The translations under genes and the position numbers were made by a program. From positions 64,001 through 128,000 of the forward strand of contig JBAXAI010000003.1 in NCBI GenBank assembly GCA_037142615.1: a stretch of DNA of 64,000 nt, given 5' to 3'. The DNA is from Spirochaetales bacterium (GTDB lineage: Bacteria; Spirochaetota; Spirochaetia; JABEVK01). Within the stretch, counting starts at the first letter, position 1, and each line of letters begins with the position of its first letter. This document shows, piece by piece, positions 30,846 to 39,457 of the stretch. Under the pieces are notes generated by a model. The model made no database searches and was not told where the DNA came from. It saw only the letters and a list, made by a program, of their open reading frames with translations.

Positions 30846-31613
30846 TTAGGACTTGCGGAAAACGGTCGTCGCGTTCGCTTGGTGCGTCGCGTTGACCGAA
30901 ATCTCGGTAATCTGGACGTGGGCAGGCGCAAAGGCTGCGTAGACCACGAGCTCGGCGATGTCAGCGGCTTTGAGGGGTTCAATACCCGTGTAGACGCCCT
31001 TGGCGCGCGCCTTGTCACCGTGGAAGCGCACCTCGCTGAACTCGGTTTCGACCATTCCCGGCTGAATCAGCGTGACCCGCAGGGGATGTTTCACGGTTTC
31101 AAGGCGCAGGCCGTCGGTGATTGCCTTCACGGCCGCCTTGGTCGCGCAGTAGACCGCCCCGTTGGGGTAGGCTGCGACACCGGCCAGTGACCCGAGGTTG
31201 ATGATGTGACCGGTTTGGTCGGGGTGAGCCGTCAGCCTCGCCACCATTTGTTTCAGCACGGGGCGCGTCACCCACAGAAGTCCTTTGACATTGGTGTCAA
31301 GCATCGCGTCCCAGTCGTCGGGATCGTTGTCGGTCAGGGCTTCCAACCCCAGCGCCAACCCGGCGTTGTTCACCAGCACATCGATCGCAGGGTCGCCCGC
31401 CCGGGCCAAAAGCGACTCGGCCTCGCTTCGCTGGCGCACATCGGTTGGCACGGTGGTAACCAGAATGCCGTGGAGGCCGCTGAGTTCGGCGGCCAAAGCG
31501 TGCAGACGGTCTTCCCGGCGCCCAGCCAAGACCAAATCGGCACCACGTGCAGCAAAGGCCCGCGCGCAGGCTTCTCCAATCCCGGCGGTCGCGCCGGTAA
31601 TCAGAACCGTCAT
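30846..31613 (-). CDS. YdfG-like NADP-dependent SDR
   Basis: TGATAGIG, NNAGLALG, YCATK, PGMVETEFS; ATGA overlap with the GH13 stop. Confidence 0.9.
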   Translation of the reverse strand: MTVLITGATAGIGEACARAFAARGADLVLAGRREDRLHALAAELSGLHGILVTTVPTDVRQRSEAESLLARAGDPAIDVLVNNAGLALGLEALTDNDPDDWDAMLDTNVKGLLWVTRPVLKQMVARLTAHPDQTGHIINLGSLAGVAAYPNGAVYCATKAAVKAITDGLRLETVKHPLRVTLIQPGMVETEFSEVRFHGDKARAKGVYTGIEPLKAADIAELVVYAAFAPAHVQITEISVNATHQANATTVFRKS

Positions 31614-33592
31614 CCCTTGACCGGGTACACCCAAACCTTCAGGTTGGGCGAAATCTCGACGGTGCGCAAGGCGCGGAAGTTCCAGTGGTTACCCGCCTTG
31701 GACGGCAGGTCCTTCTGCGCAAAGGGAAACTCACCGGGCTTGGCGTGGTACTTTTCGCGGATTTCGGAATGCTCCAGACCTGTCTCGGAGAATGCCGAGA
31801 TGCTTTCGTACCACAAGGCGAACACCAGCAATTGGGTGGCGCTCGAGACCATCCACCAACCGTAGCTCATTCCGGCGTAGCTTTCGACAAGTTGACCCGC
31901 TTCCAGCGACGGACGCAGCTCCTTAAAGAGGTCTTCCAGGTGGTGATAGGCTTCGCTGAAGTCCTGATCTCCCACCCAGTTGAGGTTCTTTTCGGTGACA
32001 TTGGCCGCAAAAAGTCCGGTCGAAAGGTCGGTCAGACCCATGACTTCGTACTTGGGCCGCCAGCCGTCGCCCCAACCGAGAAACCGGCTGAGGAAATGCC
32101 GCATCTTCATCCCCTCGGGCCCCAGTTTTTCCGAAAGCGACTGCCCCCAGAAGAATGGATTGCCTGTGTCGTGCGTATCAATGGCGTACGCAATCGAGAA
32201 CGGGCTCTTGCGACGGCGGTTGAGATCTTCCAAGGTACCCTGCAGCCGGAACGACTTTTCGAGGTGGGGCTGACCAACAACTTCGAGCATGTCGCTGCCC
32301 AGCAGCAGGTCGTAGCCGATACCGGCGTAGTCTTCGGCCTCGTTGCCCATGCGCTCGGCCAGGTGGGCAATGAACGGCTTGCCGGGGCTCTTCGAGCGCC
32401 GGATAAACTCCGACAGTACGGCCGGGGTGGGACGGTCCGACAGGGGCCAGTTGCCGTCGGCGTCGAACAGCGAGTCGAACACGTGGTCAACGCTGTCGTG
32501 GCGCACAAAGTCGAAGTGGTGGCGGTCGCGCCAGTGAAGAAAAGCGTTGCAGAACAGGTCGAGGGCCACCGGATTGGGCTCGGGCTTCTGGGTAAAGGCC
32601 GTACCTTGCAGCGGAAGGTTGTGATAGAAGGCGTAGGGGGTCACGATGTGGTACGCGTGGCTGGAAGAGTCTTGGCCGTGGCGGTTGGTATATTGAAACA
32701 GCGGGTAGTTGTCCTGGCTGTTGTAGCCAGCAAAGCGAGGGAGCCCCGTCGAGTCCCAGGCGTTCGCGGGAACCGTCCAATACCCGGCCAGAATAAGCAG
32801 TTTGATCGCGTCCTGAAAGGCTTCCCGCTTTTTGGCGAGAATCTCGGCCGAGTCATTTTCTTCCTCATCGAAGGTGTGGAACGAGCGCTCCTTGAGAAAG
32901 CCGGTGACCAACGCGCGAACCTCGGCGGCCAGACGCTCCTGAACCTCGCGGGTGTAGATGGCGTCGGGAGTCTGCATCGCATCGAGCCAGTTCTTGTCTT
33001 CGGGAAAAAGCTTGATCCACCGGAAGGCCTCGGGAACCTCGAGCACGGGGATGGAGTATTGCGCGGTATGCGGCTCCAGATCGAACCCAACCCGCTTGTC
33101 GAGCGCGTGGGCAGCCTGGATGAACGCGTCGAGTTGAACCGGCGCTTTGAGCCCGGCCTCGAGAAGGCGGGGATCGACGACCTGGGGAGCGATGGTCTTG
33201 AGGCTACGAATGGCGTACACCGTGCCAAACTCATATTCGGTGAAGGGTGCGAGGTGCAGCGCCTTCACGCGTAACCCGGGAAGGAGTTTTGAGGCCTGCA
33301 GAAAGGTGCCAAACTCGTCGCCCAAACCGGTGGCCCGGATGTTGATAAAGCACGCCGAAGAGTGTGCCAGCCACCCCGAATCGGCCTTGTCGGCCACCGG
33401 GCTGACCGGCACTTTGTTGTCCATGAGCTTCTGGTAGAAAGCGACGATGACCTCATCGGGCAGGGCCAGCAAGTCCTTCTGGGTGCGGGCCAGTTGACCC
33501 TTCTTGAAGTACTCGGCCAAAAGGCCCTCGGCCTGGGCCAGGTGCTCGGGTTTTGGCACCAGAATCTCAGCAATCTTGTTCCAGACGGGCAT
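31610..33592 (-). CDS. GH13-like alpha-glucan-active enzyme (maltosyltransferase-like)
   Basis: FIQAAHALDKRVGFDLEPHT, FDFVRHDSVDHV (nucleophile region), LAER, DTHD. Confidence 0.65.
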   Translation of the reverse strand: MPVWNKIAEILVPKPEHLAQAEGLLAEYFKKGQLARTQKDLLALPDEVIVAFYQKLMDNKVPVSPVADKADSGWLAHSSACFINIRATGLGDEFGTFLQASKLLPGLRVKALHLAPFTEYEFGTVYAIRSLKTIAPQVVDPRLLEAGLKAPVQLDAFIQAAHALDKRVGFDLEPHTAQYSIPVLEVPEAFRWIKLFPEDKNWLDAMQTPDAIYTREVQERLAAEVRALVTGFLKERSFHTFDEEENDSAEILAKKREAFQDAIKLLILAGYWTVPANAWDSTGLPRFAGYNSQDNYPLFQYTNRHGQDSSSHAYHIVTPYAFYHNLPLQGTAFTQKPEPNPVALDLFCNAFLHWRDRHHFDFVRHDSVDHVFDSLFDADGNWPLSDRPTPAVLSEFIRRSKSPGKPFIAHLAERMGNEAEDYAGIGYDLLLGSDMLEVVGQPHLEKSFRLQGTLEDLNRRRKSPFSIAYAIDTHDTGNPFFWGQSLSEKLGPEGMKMRHFLSRFLGWGDGWRPKYEVMGLTDLSTGLFAANVTEKNLNWVGDQDFSEAYHHLEDLFKELRPSLEAGQLVESYAGMSYGWWMVSSATQLLVFALWYESISAFSETGLEHSEIREKYHAKPGEFPFAQKDLPSKAGNHWNFRALRTVEISPNLKVWVYPVKG

Positions 33593-33642
33593 GGAAACTC
33601 CTCGGGGGTTCGTTGGTATTCTAGCGTTTTAGGGGGATTTTT

Positions 33643-35613
33643 TCAATCCGAGGACTCTTTGAGCCCTTCCCGATAGTCTTCGAGGTAGCGAGACAGTTCC
33701 TCGCTTCGGTCCTTGATCGTGAGGAAGTAGCCTTCCTTCTGGCCGTCGGAAAGGCCCTTGATGCGCGCCAGATCAATTTGCATCTGTTGCAGGTTCTTCA
33801 CGCTGCTGGTGATGCGCAAACCCAGGATTTCCTGCTGTTCGGACAGGTCGTCGAACGACTTCTTTTGCTTGTCGATCTCGGAGAGCGACTTCTCGTACTC
33901 CACCTTGAGCGTAGCCGAGGTCGAAGCCTCGATCTTGCGGCGCAAAACGACTTCTTCGGCCGCGAGGTCCGTAACACCGAACGAACTGACCACCCGGCCA
34001 ATCTCGCGCTCGATGGAAGAAAGCTCGGAGATCTGCTTGACGTAGTTGTCGAGGGTGAGGGTCATATCTTCGCCAAACGGGTTGCCGCCCTTGATGCCCT
34101 GAGCCTGAGCCAGGATGGAATCGCGCAGAGACCGGGCCTTGGCAACAACCGGGTCTTCCGGCTCTCCGGTCGGCACAACAGGAGCAGACTTGTGGCCCGC
34201 AGGACGCACTCCCTTGCCCGAAATACGCGCCCAGACGGCCTTGAAGGACTTTTTGGCCTCGCCGTAGCTGCCCAAGCGGCCCATCACGCCCAGACCCATC
34301 GCGGCGATCGGGATCAGCGGCCAGGGGAAGTCGGAACCGCCGTTCACGAACCAAATGACGCCAAGCAGGACCGACACCGCCGCGTTGCTGACCAGGTGGG
34401 TCTGAAACGAACCCCGGGTTTCCTGAAACTTCCGCAGGGCCCTGTAGTCCTCATCGCCGAGCTCGTCGATCTGTTCCAGTTCCCAGGCGTTGCGTTTGTC
34501 GTTCTTGTAGGCGGCGCGGTGGCTGGCGAGGCCGATACCCCACCCGAACAACGGGTACACGAACCACGGGTAAGCGGCAAGTCCGGAGCCCTGGGTCAAA
34601 TAGCACAAGAAGATCAGGAAGGCGTTGACCAGGACAAACGAACGCAGATGGCCTTGCCAGCCACGCTTCTCCTTCTCGATCTTGCGGAGTTTCTTCTGCC
34701 GGTAGATTTGAAAGGCCGAGGCGGGCGTGCCGTCTTCGTTTTTGAGCTTGGACAGCGGGTCTTGGAAGAAGCTCTCGAGGAACTCACCGGGGTTGCCTTC
34801 GAACTGATGGCGAAGCTGCCGGCGGTTGTCGCGCCACGCGTCGCGCCCCGAACGGTCGGAGTCGCCAAGCTGGCGTTCCACCTGCTCTTCCACTTGCACT
34901 CGAATGTGGCTTCGCAGGTTCTTCCACTCTTCGCGCAGATCACGGAAGTTCGGCGGTGGTCCCCCGGTCGGGGCGGCCCGAGGCTCCGGCTGAGGCGCGC
35001 TGTCGGTCTCGGTTTCAGGTTCCGACTCCGGCACCGACTCCGGAACCTCGGCCGCCTTTTTGGACCGAAGAAACTGGCTGGAATTATTGTCTTCGCCACC
35101 TGGGATGATCTCGTAGGCGTGCACTTCGCGGGTGATGTTCTTGAGGTGCACCTGCCCCATGCTCTCGACCTTCATGGGAATCTTGCCCGACACCTGACTG
35201 TACACTTCGCGGCTGATGGTGATGTGGCCGGGCTTGGTGGCCGACTGCAGGCGGCTGGCGATGTTGATGCCCTCGCCCAGAGCATCGTTTTCGTAAAAGT
35301 AGATGTCGCCCAGATGCACGCCGATGCGCAGGGTCAGCGGCTTGCCGATCTTGGCCTCGTTATATTCCTGGATGGCGTTTTGGACAGCGAGGGAACAATG
35401 GACCGCGTCGAGAGTGGTGCTGAACTGCGCGAGGAAGGCGTCGCCGATGGTCTTGATGACACTGCCCCGGTACTTTTCGACCTGTTCGCGCACCAGTTTG
35501 TTGTGGAAGTCGAGGGTTTTGAGGGTTCCCGGTTCGTCTTCTTCCATCATCCGGCTGAAGCCAACGATGTCGGTAAACATGATGGCCGCGAGGCGGTAGT
35601 CCTTGTGTTCCAT
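33643..35613 (-). CDS. Class III adenylate cyclase fused to two 2TM domains and a C-terminal coiled coil
   Basis: FTDIVGFS, KTIGDA, RIGVHLGD, NIASRL; HL..F..VN...PWF.YPLFGWGIGL..H 2TM motif, with a similar second copy. Confidence 0.9.
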   Translation of the reverse strand: MEHKDYRLAAIMFTDIVGFSRMMEEDEPGTLKTLDFHNKLVREQVEKYRGSVIKTIGDAFLAQFSTTLDAVHCSLAVQNAIQEYNEAKIGKPLTLRIGVHLGDIYFYENDALGEGINIASRLQSATKPGHITISREVYSQVSGKIPMKVESMGQVHLKNITREVHAYEIIPGGEDNNSSQFLRSKKAAEVPESVPESEPETETDSAPQPEPRAAPTGGPPPNFRDLREEWKNLRSHIRVQVEEQVERQLGDSDRSGRDAWRDNRRQLRHQFEGNPGEFLESFFQDPLSKLKNEDGTPASAFQIYRQKKLRKIEKEKRGWQGHLRSFVLVNAFLIFLCYLTQGSGLAAYPWFVYPLFGWGIGLASHRAAYKNDKRNAWELEQIDELGDEDYRALRKFQETRGSFQTHLVSNAAVSVLLGVIWFVNGGSDFPWPLIPIAAMGLGVMGRLGSYGEAKKSFKAVWARISGKGVRPAGHKSAPVVPTGEPEDPVVAKARSLRDSILAQAQGIKGGNPFGEDMTLTLDNYVKQISELSSIEREIGRVVSSFGVTDLAAEEVVLRRKIEASTSATLKVEYEKSLSEIDKQKKSFDDLSEQQEILGLRITSSVKNLQQMQIDLARIKGLSDGQKEGYFLTIKDRSEELSRYLEDYREGLKESSD

Positions 35614-35651
35614 GCCGCCATGATGCGGGGATCGTCCCTCCGGGTCAAGAC

Positions 35652-36419
35652 TTAGGCGATTTGGGACCGGGCCAGCTCCAAGCTTTGCTCCACCTTTTCG
35701 CGCGGCACCGTGGTCAGTGAGTTGAAGGGCAGAGTCAGCGCATGCTCGAGGAGTTCCACGGCGGTTTCGGGGTTTTCGAGTCGCAGGGCTACCTGGGCCG
35801 CGCCGTACCACGCCTCGGGGAACTTGGGCTCGAGCGCGAGCAGGGCCTCGTACGACTCCTGGGCCTTTTCGAGATTGTCCTGGCGCAGATAGAGCGACGC
35901 CAGATTGTCGAGGATCACTTTGCCGCTGGGCGACCACGCGTGGGCTTCCAGGCACACGACCTCGGCCGCAGCCAGGTCACCGGCCTCGAGCAGGAACCAG
36001 CCGAGGTTGCCGTACAGCGAGGCGGTCTTGTAGCCGGAGGCGTGGAGGCCTTGGAGCAAGGCCAGCGCCTCGGGAAGGTGGCCCTGCTTCCAAAGTACCA
36101 GCGACTGGTAGGTTTTGAGCAGGTTGTGGTCGGCCGGTTTAAGCGGCTTTCGGCTGCGGGCCAGCCCCTCGCGTTCGTACGTGGCCAGCAGTTCGTCGGC
36201 CTGCGCGGTTTCGCCGGCCTTGAGCAACTGGTAGGCGTAGCTGGCCACCATGCCCGGGTTCAGTTGGCGAATTTTCCAAGTGCGGCCGAACCAGACCAGA
36301 GTCTTGGCTTCGTCTTTGCGGACGAAGGCGCGGTTGGCCAGAAAAAGGAAGATGAGACCGCGGCGCAGGTACAGCACCAAAGCCACGACGGCAAGCAAAA
36401 CAACGGTGATCGGATCCAT
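35652..36419 (-). CDS. Membrane-anchored TPR protein
   Basis: N-terminal TM; LYGNLGWFLLEAG, ILDNLASLY, FPEAWY TPR helices. Confidence 0.85.
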   Translation of the reverse strand: MDPITVVLLAVVALVLYLRRGLIFLFLANRAFVRKDEAKTLVWFGRTWKIRQLNPGMVASYAYQLLKAGETAQADELLATYEREGLARSRKPLKPADHNLLKTYQSLVLWKQGHLPEALALLQGLHASGYKTASLYGNLGWFLLEAGDLAAAEVVCLEAHAWSPSGKVILDNLASLYLRQDNLEKAQESYEALLALEPKFPEAWYGAAQVALRLENPETAVELLEHALTLPFNSLTTVPREKVEQSLELARSQIA

Positions 36420-36460
36420 GGGGGGAGTTTAGCACAAAGGCCCCGCTCCCCCCAATTGAC

Positions 36461-38188
36461 TTAGCGACCGCTGCCAATGCTCACGAACAGGCTCCAGTGC
36501 GTGCGCTCGGTGGGGACCATCGTGTACATCCGCAGGTCACCCATACCGCGCGCCTTGGGGCTGAAGTTCAGCTGGGCGACGTGGTCGTTGTCGTCCACGA
36601 TCTCGGAGCGGGCCAGAACTTTCCCTTGGCTGTCGCGCACGTCAAAGAACGGTCCGAAGGCCCCGTTGCCCGAAAAGCTCCACTGACCATAACTCGGGTC
36701 GAACGCCATCGGGATGAGGGACTCCTGGTTGAACGCGTCGCCTTCCAGGTCACCTTCGAGCGAGAACGAGGTCTCCTGAAGGTCAAAGCCGTAGCGACCG
36801 GGCGCCTTTGCCCCTGCCTGGAGCACGAACAGGAACAGGGGACCCCGCACCGGCTGCTCGACCCAGAACCGCTGGAAGTTGCCCACCGTTTCGGCCATCC
36901 CCACGGGAGCACCCCTGGAATCCAGCAGGAACAGACGGTACTCCGAGGGCTTGGCCACCCCCGAAACGCTCAGATTGAACGTGGCGTTGATATCGAGTTC
37001 GAAGCGGTACGCGTCCACGGCCTTGCTGTTCAAGGCAAAGTCCTTGTCGTCGAGGGCGCCGGTGAGCGAGATCACGCCACCCTTGGGCCGCTGCAGCACG
37101 GGAGCGAGGGCCTTCGAGGAACTGGCCGCCCGCCAGAGGCTGGTGATCAAGGCGTCGTCCTCAGCGCCGGTTCCCACAAACTCGGGCTCGTCGGGAACGG
37201 GGTCTGGTGTGCGGGCCTGTGAAGGGCTCGGTTGCCTCACAAGAATCTCGAGCGAGGTGACCTTCACTTCCTTGCCGCCAATCGAAACGAAGGCGTCGTG
37301 CGTGCCACCGTGCAGTTTGCCGGGCACCAGAGCCTTATCGACCTTGGACCGGATGGCAAACAGCGTGGTGCCGTCAGACTGCTGGCCGGCCGGAACGGCG
37401 TTGGGAGGAATTGGCTGGCGGGCATCGTAGGGAAGCCACACGCCGCGACCCACATAGAGCTCGAACGACTTCACGGGGTTTTCCTTGCCGCCCCAGGGAA
37501 CGTAGGCTGACTTGGCCTTGGGGTTGAACTTTCCAGGAATGATATCGCCCTGAAACAGCGCGCGGATGAGGAAACTGGGCGTGCCGTCGGGTGAGGTTCC
37601 TGCGGCGACGGCGGCGGCGGCATTGTTGCTCGTATCGACGGGCACCCACTCGGGAGAGGTGGGAGCAGGGGCAGGCGCGGGTGCCGGCGGTGTGCGGTCG
37701 ACCACCAGAATCTCGTACTTCTTCACCTCGAGCTCGTTGCCGCCCCACGGAATATAGGCCTGACCGGTGGCCGAATTGTACTTGCCGGGGACCAACGCTT
37801 TGCCTTGCGGTGCGCGGATGAGCAGCAGGGGCGTCCCATCGGCCTCCTGTCCGCCAACCACGGCGTTGTCCGGGGCCCGTTGACCCGCCGAAAGGGCAAC
37901 CCAGCGACCCTTGCCGACGTAGAGCTCAAAGTTGACCACCGGGTTCTCGACGCCCCCCCAAGGTACGTAGGCGCCTTTGGATTTGGGGATGAACTTGCCT
38001 GGGGTCAGACCTCCCTCGAAGGGGGCACGGATGATGTAGACGGGGCTGCCGTCGGCCTCGTTGCCGGCCTGGAGCGCGCCGCCCGCAGCTGACTTGGTGT
38101 TGGCCCCAACCCAATCCTGGGCTGAAACTCCGCCCATCGAGACCAAAACAAAAAGCGCCGTCACAAAAAACGTTTTTGAGTTTATCAT
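36461..38188 (-). CDS. Secreted DM9-repeat (DUF3421) protein, four repeats + C-terminal beta-rich domains
   Basis: Signal peptide; 4x W....A..G...DG.....IR......PGK......A....GG.E......E..V; Pro-rich linkers. Confidence 0.8.
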   Translation of the reverse strand: MINSKTFFVTALFVLVSMGGVSAQDWVGANTKSAAGGALQAGNEADGSPVYIIRAPFEGGLTPGKFIPKSKGAYVPWGGVENPVVNFELYVGKGRWVALSAGQRAPDNAVVGGQEADGTPLLLIRAPQGKALVPGKYNSATGQAYIPWGGNELEVKKYEILVVDRTPPAPAPAPAPTSPEWVPVDTSNNAAAAVAAGTSPDGTPSFLIRALFQGDIIPGKFNPKAKSAYVPWGGKENPVKSFELYVGRGVWLPYDARQPIPPNAVPAGQQSDGTTLFAIRSKVDKALVPGKLHGGTHDAFVSIGGKEVKVTSLEILVRQPSPSQARTPDPVPDEPEFVGTGAEDDALITSLWRAASSSKALAPVLQRPKGGVISLTGALDDKDFALNSKAVDAYRFELDINATFNLSVSGVAKPSEYRLFLLDSRGAPVGMAETVGNFQRFWVEQPVRGPLFLFVLQAGAKAPGRYGFDLQETSFSLEGDLEGDAFNQESLIPMAFDPSYGQWSFSGNGAFGPFFDVRDSQGKVLARSEIVDDNDHVAQLNFSPKARGMGDLRMYTMVPTERTHWSLFVSIGSGR

Positions 38189-38222
38189 GCTGACAAGATT
38201 AGTCAGAAATAAGGAAGTTGCC

Positions 38223-39386
38223 ATGAAAATCGTGCACAACCTATCTTGGGCGTTCGGCAGACTTGTGCTTTTTGCACTTCTGGGCCTGGTGCCCCATCTG
38301 GGTCTAGCCGCTGAAAAGCGCGTTGCGCTGGTGATCGGCAACAGCAACTACCAGTTTAACCCCGTCCTCAAAAACCCCGCCAACGATGCTTCCGACATGG
38401 CGGCTTCGCTCCAGAAGGTGGGCTTCAGCGTTACCTTGCTCATCGACGGAACCCGGGCCTCAATGGAAAAGGCCGTGCGCGACTTCGGCGCCTCGCTCAA
38501 GGGCGAAGAGACAATCGGAATGCTGTACTACAGCGGTCACGGCGCCCAGTCAGAAGGGCAGAACTACCTGTTGCCCGTGGACTCCGACATTCAAGCCGAA
38601 GACGAACTGGCCTACAAGGCAGTCGACTCGGAGTCCATTTTGGCCAAGATGCGCTCTGCCAACAACAAACTCAACATCGTCGTGCTCGACGCCTGCCGCA
38701 ACAACCCCTTCCCCGGGGCCAGCCGAGCCGCCGCGCGGGGACTCACCGCCGTCAAGATCAAGGTTCCCGAAGCGCTGATCATTTACTCGACCGATCCGGG
38801 AGCGGTGGCCGCCGACGGCGACGGGCGCAACAGCCCGTTCACTGCGGCCTTCTTGCAGCAACTTGAGGTGCCAGAACAGGATGTTTCGATCATGATTCGC
38901 CGGGTGGCAGCCAGCGTGCAAAAGGCCACGGCCGGTGCCCAGACGCCGTGGGTGAGCAGCAACCTGACGCAGGACTTCTCGTTCCTGCCTGGTGCTGGCG
39001 GCAACCGGACCCCGGCCCCCGTAGCGGCCCCGGTCGCTCCAACAACCCCGGTGCCAGCCGTCCTGGCCAACACGCAACTGTTTGAAGGCACGCTCGACAT
39101 TTTCGACACCGCCGACCCGGCCGTGTTTGGCAACCACATCGACACCGTTGACTTTGACGCCAGCGAGAATGCGACCTACACGTTGGTGGCCGACTCGAAG
39201 GACTTCAACACCGACTTGGTCGTCGTCGACAGCACGGGTACCGTCGTCAAATCGCGCAAGTCGGCTTCGGGGAACAAGACCACGCTCATCGTCACCAGTC
39301 CGGTCACCGACTTTTTGACGGCGCAGATCAAGTGCGACGGCAATTGGCCGAGCGGAGCCTGGACGCTCAGCGTGACGAAGAAGTAG
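38223..39386 (+). CDS. Secreted caspase-family (peptidase C14) protein with C-terminal PPC-like domain
   Basis: RVALVIGNSNY, YYSGHG (His), VLDACRN (Cys), NSPFT, QTPW; signal peptide; SD AAGGA. Confidence 0.92.
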   Translation: MKIVHNLSWAFGRLVLFALLGLVPHLGLAAEKRVALVIGNSNYQFNPVLKNPANDASDMAASLQKVGFSVTLLIDGTRASMEKAVRDFGASLKGEETIGMLYYSGHGAQSEGQNYLLPVDSDIQAEDELAYKAVDSESILAKMRSANNKLNIVVLDACRNNPFPGASRAAARGLTAVKIKVPEALIIYSTDPGAVAADGDGRNSPFTAAFLQQLEVPEQDVSIMIRRVAASVQKATAGAQTPWVSSNLTQDFSFLPGAGGNRTPAPVAAPVAPTTPVPAVLANTQLFEGTLDIFDTADPAVFGNHIDTVDFDASENATYTLVADSKDFNTDLVVVDSTGTVVKSRKSASGNKTTLIVTSPVTDFLTAQIKCDGNWPSGAWTLSVTKK

Positions 39387-39457
39387 GGGGCGAGCCAGTG
39401 GCCACCTTCGGTAGGTTTGCTCTGGTTTTCGAGAGGTGGAGATACTAGATTTATAAA

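Noticed and set aside
33643-35613. Canonical Pycsar system
   Set aside because: The cyclase has ATP-type specificity residues and there is no adjacent cNMP-TIR/TM effector gene.
33778-35655. Long antisense ORFs (also 12268-13635, 13876-15411, 31685-33274, 44150-45286, 58639-59964)
   Set aside because: Shadow ORFs opposite well-supported genes, expected from high-GC codon bias; no recognisable motifs.
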